A stretch of DNA of 64,000 bases from IMG/VR virus record IMGVR_UViG_3300035183_000733, positions 1-64,000 of that record. The stretch is one strand, 5' to 3'. Of the stretch, positions 47,536 through 55,782 are shown piece after piece; the first letter of the stretch is position 1, and each line of letters opens with the position of its first letter. Under the pieces are notes generated by a model. That model was not told the origin of the DNA and searched no databases. It worked only from the letters and a program-made list of their open reading frames with translations. The position numbers and the translations under genes were made by a program.

Positions 47536-47629
47536 GTGAGATAGGTCAAGGCTCACAAATAGGCGGATACCGTTGGTTGGTAAGTTGCGATTGCATCAAA
47601 CGTGGGTTCGAGCCCCACTCCGCCTACCA
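47536..47629 (+). ncRNA. hairpin + D-armless tRNA-like RNA, copy 1 (CCA end)
   Basis: GTGAG-ATAGGTCAAGG-CTCAC; AGGCGGA/TCCGCCT-ACCA; T arm. Confidence 0.7.
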
Positions 47630-48016
47630 TTTTTCCGTTTTATAAATTTGCATCATGCAAGAACGGATTGCCGAGATACGAGAACTGCTCTGGATATAGG
47701 TGCAGACTCGGTCGGCGCCTCGTCCGCGGCCGGCAGTTGCCATATACCGGTGACCGGGAATATTCGGACAGAATTGGTACCGTACCAGGAGTTTCTATTC
47801 AGGAGCTGCGCGGGTGGACGCCGAGCGTGCAAGCGCCGAACTGTCGTGGCCGATGGAAACATTGAATATCTCGGGACATATTTTTCAAGGCGTGGATAAC
47901 CAACTGGCTCCGTGACTTCGACAATTTCCTCCGTAGGAAGAGAATGTGCGAAATAACGTCTATCTTCGAGAAACGATTGTGGACGCGAACAGCGTGGAGA
48001 ACGCGCAAGATATAAG

Positions 48017-48085
48017 GGCCCGTAGCTCAGTTGGTTAGGTTCAACGAGGACTGGAACGCGTTTAAGCCTCGAGTCATCCGGCCCC
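48017..48085 (+). pseudogene. degenerate tRNA
   Basis: GGGCCCG-TAGCTCAGTTGGTTAG start; no valid anticodon or T arm. Confidence 0.4.
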
Positions 48086-48103
48086 AACCGTGGTGAGGCG
48101 CAC

Positions 48104-48221
48104 GATGGATAGGTCAAGGCCATCAAATTTCGGCAGGTACCGTTGGTGTCTTATACACACTATACACGTAGCTGGTATGTTGAGATCACATCAAACGTGG
48201 GTTCGAGTCCCACCCTGCCGA
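48104..48221 (+). ncRNA. hairpin + D-armless tRNA-like RNA, copy 2
   Basis: GATGG-ATAGGTCAAGG-CCATC; CGGCAGG/CCTGCCG; same conserved linkers as copy 1. Confidence 0.7.
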
Positions 48222-48672
48222 CTTTTCTAATTCGTTCTTTTTATTTAATTTTGCCATTATGTGCAGGCTCGAAGAAATCAGATCATCGCTAATGGCTGAG
48301 GCCAGGGCCCAGGTGGACCGCATGCGTATAAACGTGAGCGTTCCTACGATGGACGGAAGGCCGACGAGCATGTCACGCAGCTGTGTATCGCGAACGAGAA
48401 GAAGTACAAGCTGAACCAGACATTCGACTCCATAGCGCTTCCGAAGCTGACGGTGGACTCGGTTGTTAACCCGTTCGCAGAGGAGGCCAAGCAGATAAAT
48501 AATGCAGCAGGAGGGCGAGTTCTTCAAGGCGTGGATACACAGCTGGCTGCGGTTTCCTTACGCGAGTCAGGAATATCCGTGCAAAAATGAAGTGGTGGAT
48601 ATATTGGCGATCTTTTGCCCTAACACAAAATGGACAGAAGCAAAAAATAAAACGCGCAGATGATTATTTACC

Positions 48673-48747
48673 GGTCCCTTAGCTCAGGTGGTTTAGAGCA
48701 AATCACTCATAATGATAAGGTCGGGGGTTCAAGTCCCTCAGGGACCA
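48673..48747 (+). tRNA. tRNA(CAT), probably Ile2 (lysidine, reads AUA)
   Basis: resembles bacterial Ile2 scaffold (GGTCCCT-TAGCTCAG...CT-CAT-AA); upstream leader uses only ATA for Ile. Confidence 0.85.
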
Positions 48748-48766
48748 CAATTAGAAAAGCAAAAGC

Positions 48767-49072
48767 ATGTCAGATTTTAAAGTAGAGCGGACTTACAAAG
48801 AAGTCGGCGTCATTAAGAAGCAGGGCACAGACCTAACACACCTCGTAACAAAGTTCAATGGTCCCCTCGATGGTCTTAAAACAATGACCGTCAAACCGGG
48901 CGTGGGCGAGTACTCGTGGGTGCAGAGCCTGATAGTCCCGCTCAAGAGCAACGAGACTATATACATTCACCCGGACCAGACCGGCGTCGGCGTCGGATTC
49001 GTCCGCATAATTCATTCCCATTTAAAGGCTATCGCCGTATTCCACAAGTCACATTTCGATACCATATTATGA
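48767..49072 (+). CDS. hypothetical protein
   Basis: 101-aa ORF. Confidence 0.6.
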   Translation: MSDFKVERTYKEVGVIKKQGTDLTHLVTKFNGPLDGLKTMTVKPGVGEYSWVQSLIVPLKSNETIYIHPDQTGVGVGFVRIIHSHLKAIAVFHKSHFDTIL

Positions 49073-49587
49073 AGTGCGTGAGAGTCGGCAAGTCGGCGAT
49101 TGTGGGCAAGGGACTGTTCGCGTGCGAGCCCATAAGACCAGGAGACGAAATCGCGGAATACGTCGGCCGCAAGCTAACCAACAAAGAATTCGACATCTTG
49201 TTCTCCGCGGGCATGTGGCTCTATGCAGTTTCCGTGCCGAACGGCGTTATCGACGCCGCGGGGGCGGAGTGGGACGGTTATCCTGCAAAGTTCAGCAACG
49301 ACGCCATGGGGCTAACAAGAACCGGCGCAAGGAACAACGCGACATTCAGGTACTCCGGCAAGAGGGGCAACTACCGGGTGCACATCGTGGCGACCAGGTA
49401 CATAAAATCCGGCGACGAGATATTCACTTCATACGGCCGGAGCTATTGGAGCAATTTTAAAAATGAGCAAGAACTAAATAGAGCAGCCTGCATTACTACG
49501 GTCTCGGTGAGGACCGGGAGAAGGATCCCCTCGACGACCCCCACTTCTACGACAGGATGCGGAGCATCGGATACACCAAGCGTGTGA
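49069..49587 (+). CDS. SET-domain methyltransferase
   Basis: GKGLFA...IAEYVG...AKFSND...NATF...IKSGDEIFTSYG..YW. Confidence 0.85.
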   Translation: MKCVRVGKSAIVGKGLFACEPIRPGDEIAEYVGRKLTNKEFDILFSAGMWLYAVSVPNGVIDAAGAEWDGYPAKFSNDAMGLTRTGARNNATFRYSGKRGNYRVHIVATRYIKSGDEIFTSYGRSYWSNFKNEQELNRAACITTVSVRTGRRIPSTTPTSTTGCGASDTPSV

Positions 49588-49767
49588 TACCGTTGCCGAT
49601 GAGGTGCGTCTGTATGTATATTACGAGCGACAAACCGGTTCGTCCATTGATGAATTGAAACCGGTATCCGGCCCGCGCAAGCATGAAATGAACGTGTATA
49701 CTGCTCTCGAGTATGTGTTCACCAAGAAGGTGCTTAATCACGAGGAGCTTCGCATATCCATAAAAGA

Positions 49768-50130
49768 ATGATAGGAGATATTTGTTTTTGGACGACCAGA
49801 GACAGCCGGATGAAGTTGTAGGTTACGAAGGCATAGAATGGAGTCGTAAAAAAACGGTCACGAATTCGAAGATTACCTGAACCAGAACGGTATCCCCGAC
49901 GTCATATCGTTTGACCACGACCACGACGACGAACATTACGACATAGACTGGGAGAAGGTATACTTCTTCGGGGAGCTATATTCGTACAAGGAGGACACCG
50001 GTTTGGACTGCCTTAAGAAGCTCATCCGCAGGCTCACAATGAAGGAACCGCATCCGGACAACTGGCCGAGGTGCACGTCGCATTCACTCAATTCGGTAGG
50101 CCGGGCCGAAATAAACAAACTCCTCGAAAC
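49768..50130 (+). pseudogene. cyclic-phosphate-processing receiver-domain gene, frameshifted
   Basis: fragments (F)LDD, GIPDVISFDHD, TGLDC. Confidence 0.5.
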
Positions 50131-50250
50131 TTGGTCGTTTCCTCAATTTGGCCAGGATATATAAGAAAACAACGCCGGAATTCAAGTCAACGCCGGAAGC
50201 ACTTTCTCCTATCCGGACAGGATATATAAGAAAAATATCAATCCTTAAAA

Positions 50251-50730
50251 ATGAAAATATTCAGGTTCGAAGAGTTCTCGGTCAACGAGAAACTAACCGA
50301 CGCTGGTCAGGACTATGTGTCGAAAAAGATCGCGAAGCTCCGCGGTGAGGGTAAGGGCCCAAAGCAGGCGGCGGCCATAGCGTACAGCTACGCAAGGCGC
50401 AAGGGATACAAGGTACCCGCGAAGAAAAACGAGTCGGACAACCCGCTCAACGACGATAACTCTACGCTCGACATCAAGACGATGACGTCGCTCCAGTTCT
50501 ACAAACTGATAGACCTGCTCGAGGCGGACATCACCGCATACGGGCAGGAGGATCTCCAGTACTACGAGGAGATGACTGGGCTCGACACAGGGACCCTGCT
50601 CGACCTCTACACAACATACGGTTACAACCTGCATAAATACGCAGAGACCGAGAAGCTCAAGAGGGCGTATATGAGTCACGCGGGTAAGACCTGGGAGCAA
50701 ATTAAAAAAGAAGCCGAAGAGGCCGAGTAA
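50251..50730 (+). CDS. virion-type protein with targeting-like leader
   Basis: MKIFRFEEFSVNE; tandem GATATATA promoters at 50156 and 50221. Confidence 0.75.
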   Translation: MKIFRFEEFSVNEKLTDAGQDYVSKKIAKLRGEGKGPKQAAAIAYSYARRKGYKVPAKKNESDNPLNDDNSTLDIKTMTSLQFYKLIDLLEADITAYGQEDLQYYEEMTGLDTGTLLDLYTTYGYNLHKYAETEKLKRAYMSHAGKTWEQIKKEAEEAE

Positions 50731-50732
50731 TC

Positions 50733-51533
50733 ATGGCAACAAGAAAAGCATTCCAAGGGGAGAACTACAAGAGGTCCGGCGAGTACGTAGGCAACTACAA
50801 CGGCGGCAGATCCGAGGTTCAGGAAATGACGAGCACCCTCAAGAGAAGGAACGTAAGGTCCATGGCGGGCAACAGCTCATACATCGGCAAGCGCGTCCTG
50901 CTCATACACAACAACGACCTCGAGAAGGCGGTCAAGGTGCTGAAGGAGTTCTACCCGAAGCACTACGCCACAGAGCTCGCGGCAAATCTTAAGAGGGATG
51001 TTGATACAGACAAGAAGATGGGTGTGTTCGAGAGTGGGATGAAGAACCTCATGACCTTTGAGAATTACTCACATAAAAAGGCAGTATTCGGTGATTTTTC
51101 CAAGAAGGACCAAGAGCAGATCGACTACTTTATAGAGAAGTTTGCGACCAAGATGGGTGGCACCACGAGACAATCAGCCGCATGGTGGGTCGATGGCATA
51201 ACAGAGATCAGCGACGATATCAAGCGTGCGGTATGGGCCGGGATACAGGAGTACATACCCAAGAGGCCGTTCCCTCTTAATAAGGCAGACTTACCTGAGT
51301 GGACAAATGAGTCCGAGCTTAAGGATGACAAGGCAGACGAGACTCACATCTCATTGACCGAGGATGACTTCCGTGCACTCGTTGCCGGCGAAATAATTAC
51401 TCCTGAGGACTTCCCGCCGCACCTGGACAAGCTAAAGCTCGCGCTGCAGGACATCGGCCAGGATAACATGATCCGTATAATAACGGACGAGATGTACAAG
51501 GCGCGCAAAGCCGGAGATAAAAATATGAACTAA
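50733..51533 (+). CDS. modular protein with internal targeting-like motif
   Basis: ...GVFESGMKNLMTFENY...WTNESE. Confidence 0.7.
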   Translation: MATRKAFQGENYKRSGEYVGNYNGGRSEVQEMTSTLKRRNVRSMAGNSSYIGKRVLLIHNNDLEKAVKVLKEFYPKHYATELAANLKRDVDTDKKMGVFESGMKNLMTFENYSHKKAVFGDFSKKDQEQIDYFIEKFATKMGGTTRQSAAWWVDGITEISDDIKRAVWAGIQEYIPKRPFPLNKADLPEWTNESELKDDKADETHISLTEDDFRALVAGEIITPEDFPPHLDKLKLALQDIGQDNMIRIITDEMYKARKAGDKNMN

Positions 51534-51606
51534 CCGGGAATCCTGAACCACTCTCACGGCAGAACACGGATGGAAGCACAGGAGCTACTCATAAAATAAT
51601 CATTAC

Positions 51607-51855
51607 ATGAATAAGATAAAGGACGCGCTATACTGGATGACGCACACGAAGCTCGGGTGGCTTTTAATATCGTTCGTGTGGTTCGCCGTGTTCATGGCCA
51701 TAGACAATAACGTGGAAGGATCCTGGGCTTTCTGGACAGCGATGCCCGCCCTCGCATACATAACGGGGCTGACACTCGTGATGATTGCGTACGCCTGGGT
51801 GATAAACCCCATAAGAGAGCACAAGGAAAACAAGAGGCTGCGGGAGGGAAAATAG
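51607..51855 (+). CDS. small two-TM membrane protein
   Basis: two hydrophobic helices. Confidence 0.7.
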   Translation: MNKIKDALYWMTHTKLGWLLISFVWFAVFMAIDNNVEGSWAFWTAMPALAYITGLTLVMIAYAWVINPIREHKENKRLREGK

Positions 51856-51928
51856 TTTTCTGACGGTAGCGTACGGTTAGAATAATTGTGTTATCTTTGT
51901 ATCTGTAACTAATAAAACTGTAAGTAAA

Positions 51929-52177
51929 ATGAAAAACATCTTCGTAAGCAGCTTGCCTTTCAAGCTGACTGAGAGCGAGCTTCAGGCCGCTTTCGAAAAG
52001 CATGGTGAGGTAACCTCTGCCAAAATTATCAAGGACCGCGAAACCAACCGTAGCAAGGGATATGGGTTCGTAGAGATGTCTGACGATGAAGCCGCAACAA
52101 AGGCTATCGCAGCTCTTAACGGTTCTGAGTTTGGTGGTCGTTCCATCATCGTTAATGAGGCACGCCCGAAAGCATAA
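51929..52177 (+). CDS. RRM (RNP-1) RNA-binding protein
   Basis: IFVSSLP...RSKGYGFVEM...IVNEARP. Confidence 0.95.
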   Translation: MKNIFVSSLPFKLTESELQAAFEKHGEVTSAKIIKDRETNRSKGYGFVEMSDDEAATKAIAALNGSEFGGRSIIVNEARPKA

Positions 52178-52237
52178 TAAAGAAAAAACAAAGTAATTGC
52201 AGCCGAAACAAAACGCGCCGCAGATATATAATGTACG

Positions 52238-52318
52238 ATGAAGCAAATGATTAACATAGTTCGAATTAGCAGAAGGCGCTCAGACGTCCTGTCCGGATTA
52301 TGTCCAATCGTAAGCTGA
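52238..52318 (+). CDS. attenuator leader peptide (Ile/Arg, 26 aa)
   Basis: MKQMINIVRISRRRSDVLSGLCPIVS*. Confidence 0.85.
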   Translation: MKQMINIVRISRRRSDVLSGLCPIVS

Positions 52319-52344
52319 TAACATCGCTTTTCTTTTGGGACAAG

Positions 52345-52373
52345 AAACCCGGACCTAATCGTCCGGGTTTTTT
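52345..52373 (+). terminator. attenuator terminator of the Ile/Arg tRNA operon
   Basis: AAACCCGGAC-CTAATC-GTCCGGGTTT-TTT. Confidence 0.85.
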
Positions 52374-52382
52374 ATTTTACAC

Positions 52383-52456
52383 TGGTGTGTGACCAAGCTG
52401 GTTAAGGCACCTCCCTGATACGGAGGAAATCGTGGGTTCGACTCCCACCGCACCAA
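52383..52456 (+). tRNA. tRNA-Ile(GAT)
   Basis: CCTCC-CT-GAT-AC-GGAGG. Confidence 0.9.
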
Positions 52457-52461
52457 CAAAT

Positions 52462-52514
52462 AGTCGCTTAGCTCAGTTGGTTGGTCCCCAGTTCGAGTCT
52501 GGAAGCGACTACCA
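52462..52514 (+). ncRNA. 53-nt tRNA lacking the anticodon arm, CCA end
   Basis: AGTCGCT/AGCGACT-ACCA; GCTCAGTTGGTT joined directly to GGTC-T arm. Confidence 0.55.
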
Positions 52515-52580
52515 AGCCAGTCAATATGCGGGATGGCTTGCATTGTTACCGGACATTAAACCACCCGGGCGTTAGAGAAT

Positions 52581-52654
52581 GCACGCGTAGATCAACTGGA
52601 TAGATCACCTGACTACGGATCAGGAGGCTGGGGGTTCGAATCCTTTCGCGTGTA
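52581..52654 (+). tRNA. tRNA-Arg(ACG)
   Basis: cloverleaf. Confidence 0.95.
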
Positions 52655-52716
52655 CAAAATGCCTCAGTAGTCCCGTCGGCTTCGGAACCGATAGGGCAGA
52701 ATATGAATTAAGATAC

Positions 52717-52789
52717 GGTCCCGTAGCTCAGCGGATAGAGCATTTGCCTTCTAAGCAAAGGGTCACTGGTTCGAATCCAGTCGGGATCA
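52717..52789 (+). tRNA. tRNA-Arg(TCT)
   Basis: TTTGC-CT-TCT-AA-GCAAA. Confidence 0.95.
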
Positions 52790-52803
52790 CAAAAAGTAAA
52801 GTT

Positions 52804-53209
52804 ATGAAACTGAACATCAAAAAAAGTAAAACAGATCCCTAAGGAAGTCAATTCCAAGTTCGGAGTGTGCATATTCGGGGAACCGGATGCTGAGGTGTCC
52901 ACATGGATTGCAGCGCACGGTTTCGAGGTAGAAAAAGTTGGTCCTTATACGAATGTGTACATCGACAAGGACATCGATGAGGTGTTCGAGCCGGCGGGGA
53001 AGTTCCAGTACATGGACGGGTTCAGCCCGAACATGAACAAGCACCTGCACGTTGGCCATCTGTCCAACCTGGTGCTCGCAAAGGCGTTCCTCGGCATGGG
53101 TGTCACCAATGGCACGGTGGCCATACTTGGCGACACTCTCGAGGGCGATGTTTCCAAGGACGAGGCGCTCGATAAGTTCAAGTTGTACGAATGGTCGTCA
53201 ACCGTGTAG
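52804..53209 (+). pseudogene. argS: arginyl-tRNA synthetase N-terminal fragment (frameshifted, truncated)
   Basis: GPYTNVYI...DGFSPNMNKHLHVGHL HIGH region; ends ~53188. Confidence 0.7.
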
Positions 53210-53652
53210 GTCACCCTCGTGCCGAATTGTATGCGCTTGGCGGCCCACTCTTTAAACAGTATCACCGAGTACACTATAGCTGCGGCAACTATGGCTCCGA
53301 CAAACAGAGCTACCGTAACGGCTATCAGTCCGGGAAACCCGAGCGCCCAAGCGAACAACAGCTTGTCCCACCAACCAGCAAATGATGGTTCGGCAAAGAA
53401 CACATCCCAGATGCAGACACCGGTGGCGCAAGCTATCGGCATGGCGAATATGGACAGCAGCAGTGGGAACGGCTTGCTCATTTCGTCTCTCCGGCTTTTC
53501 ATGGTCAGGAAGTTTACGAGAACGCCGATCCACGATATTGGCAGTATTATCACGGCCGTTATACAGGCCATCACATACCAGAAGAGCGTTTCGGGTTTAA
53601 CGCCGAACGTCGCCTGGACGAACAGCGGCCAAAATTTTGATTCTATTTTCAT
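53186..53652 (-). CDS. multi-pass membrane protein (3' end collides with argS fragment)
   Basis: four hydrophobic helices. Confidence 0.6.
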
Positions 53653-53662
53653 TGTATTGTCA

Positions 53663-55090
53663 TTATGCGTACATCTCTTTCAAAGTTATGAATCGCCTGT
53701 GGTCGCCACAGGCGACGAGCAGGTCCTCCTTCTTGAACTCGGAAGGGTGGTGGTACCCGCAAGCGTTGGACATCTCGTGGATCTCTTTGCGCAGCTGCTT
53801 GATGTAGTTAGCTGCGCGGACGGATTTGAGCGTCGGGTCTATGCCGTTCTGCAGCCACTTGTTCTGTGTGGCCACGCCAGACGGACACCTGTTCGTGTGA
53901 CAAACCTGTGCCTGGATACAACCGATGGACATCAGCGCTTCCCTACCGACGTTAACCATATCACAGCCGAGCGCAAATGCCTTTATGGCATTGGCTGGAA
54001 GCCCGAGCTTGCCAGACCCGATGAACACTACGTTGTCGAGCGCCGGGTAAACTCTGAATATTTTTATGATGCTGTGTATTGCCTCGTTGAACGGCAGAGA
54101 CAGGTGGTCTGTGAATGATGGTGGTGCTGCACCAGTGCCGCCCTCGCCGCCGTCTATTGTGATGAAATCCGGGCCGAAACCGGACATGGCCATTTGCGTG
54201 GCGAGCTCCTCCCAGTCTTTTACGCTTCCAATCGCCGCCTTTATACCGACAGGCAGACCGGTTGCGTTTGCTATCTCTTCGATAAAGTTTATCATGCTTG
54301 TCACGTCCTTGAACGCGCTGTGAGTGCTTGGCGACACGGCGGCCTTGCCCATTTCGATGCCCCTGGCGTCTGCGATCTCCTGTGTCATCTTCGCGGCCGG
54401 CAGAATTCCTCCCTTGCCGGGCTTCGCGCCCTGGGACAGCTTTATCTCGATTGCCTTTATGCAGGGATTATCTTGCACGAGTTTCTTCAGCTTCTCGAGC
54501 GAGAACTTACCCTTCTCGTCGCACACTCCGAAGTATCCAGTTCCGAACTGGAACACCACGTCAGCCCCTTGCTTGTGATACACTGACAATCCGCCCTCCC
54601 CAGTGTTGTGGTAACAACCAGCGAGCTTAGCTCCGCCGTTAAGTGACTCTACAGCCTTTGCCGATAACGCGCCGAAGCTCATGCCAGATATGTTCACTAT
54701 AGAGTTTGGTGTGTATGGTTTTGCACGCTTGCCTTTGCCGAGCTGTTTCTTGCATGGCAGGTGACCGATGTTGTCGGAGTGCACCGGCATCATCTTGTGC
54801 TTTATGATTATGTGACCGGGTTCGTTGAAGTCCATGTCTGTACCGAACCCTGTGAGGTTGTTCTCATCCTTCGCCGAGGCATATATCCAAGCTCTGTGTC
54901 GCCTCGAGAATGGAAGCTCCTCTCTATTGTTGGCGATGAAGTACTGCCGGATTTCTGGACCTATCTTCTCGAACAGATAACGGATGTGTCCTATCACCGG
55001 GAAGTTGTGGGTTATTGCGTGTCTGTTTTGCATTATGTCGCGTATGGCAACTACGGCCAGGAAAGCGACGAACAATAATAAATATAACAT
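53663..55090 (-). CDS. FMN-binding glutamate synthase family protein
   Basis: SGMSFGALS, NTGEGG, EIKLSQGAKPGKGG, IDGGEGGTGAAP, CIQAQVCHTNRC. Confidence 0.92.
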   Translation of the reverse strand: MLYLLLFVAFLAVVAIRDIMQNRHAITHNFPVIGHIRYLFEKIGPEIRQYFIANNREELPFSRRHRAWIYASAKDENNLTGFGTDMDFNEPGHIIIKHKMMPVHSDNIGHLPCKKQLGKGKRAKPYTPNSIVNISGMSFGALSAKAVESLNGGAKLAGCYHNTGEGGLSVYHKQGADVVFQFGTGYFGVCDEKGKFSLEKLKKLVQDNPCIKAIEIKLSQGAKPGKGGILPAAKMTQEIADARGIEMGKAAVSPSTHSAFKDVTSMINFIEEIANATGLPVGIKAAIGSVKDWEELATQMAMSGFGPDFITIDGGEGGTGAAPPSFTDHLSLPFNEAIHSIIKIFRVYPALDNVVFIGSGKLGLPANAIKAFALGCDMVNVGREALMSIGCIQAQVCHTNRCPSGVATQNKWLQNGIDPTLKSVRAANYIKQLRKEIHEMSNACGYHHPSEFKKEDLLVACGDHRRFITLKEMYA

Positions 55091-55143
55091 AGGACGAAAC
55101 CTTATCTCATTTTAGAATACAAATATAATCAAAATACGTATCG

Positions 55144-55782
55144 ATGAAGTACTCGTTTGGAGTTCCCCCAAAGTGGGATGTGTCGGAAAATGAGCTCGAG
55201 TGCACGGTCAACTCGCGTGATCTCGACCTGCCGACACAGAATCTCCACGTGCCGTTCTGCAAGAAACAGTACCTCCGACAAGCGGTTGTGAGCGCCGGTC
55301 CGAAGGAGATGGGCAAGATAGCCGAGAAGATAGCCGAGAAGAAGTACGATCTCGACCCGGTCGAGTCCGACGAGTTCGACTACTACATGGACGGCATCAG
55401 GCTGGAAGTTAAGAGCTCTCGGGCTTTCGTCAAGGACAAGAGAAAAGTTCTCGTAAACGCGAAGGACCTCCCGTTCGAGCGCACGTACAACTGCAACATC
55501 CAGCAGATAAAGCGCGGCCTGTTCGACGAACTGATGTACATGATATTCGCGCACGACAAGATCCAGGTGTTCATAATAAAGTCTGACGACATAGAATCCG
55601 CGGACATAGGATACTCGAACAAGCAGCACAGGAACAACGAGGGCGAGGGTCAGTTCCACATACACTCCGGGAATTACTCGATGCACATAGACATGCTGAT
55701 AGGCGAACTCGACTACGCCGAGTGCTACGAGATGCTATCCACGGACAAGGAATCCATGGAATTGCTCGCGAGATTTAATTAG
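55144..55782 (+). CDS. possible PD-(D/E)XK nuclease
   Basis: FDYYMDGIRLEVKSS...IQQIK. Confidence 0.45.
   Translation: MKYSFGVPPKWDVSENELECTVNSRDLDLPTQNLHVPFCKKQYLRQAVVSAGPKEMGKIAEKIAEKKYDLDPVESDEFDYYMDGIRLEVKSSRAFVKDKRKVLVNAKDLPFERTYNCNIQQIKRGLFDELMYMIFAHDKIQVFIIKSDDIESADIGYSNKQHRNNEGEGQFHIHSGNYSMHIDMLIGELDYAECYEMLSTDKESMELLARFN

Noticed and set aside
47561-47629. tmRNA or permuted tmRNA
   Set aside because: No G3:U70 pair, no tag reading frame or pseudoknot region, and two copies are present.
47645-48016. ncRNA between the two tRNA-like copies
   Set aside because: It reads as a multiply frameshifted small protein gene (MQERIAEIRE... to ...WRTRKI*).
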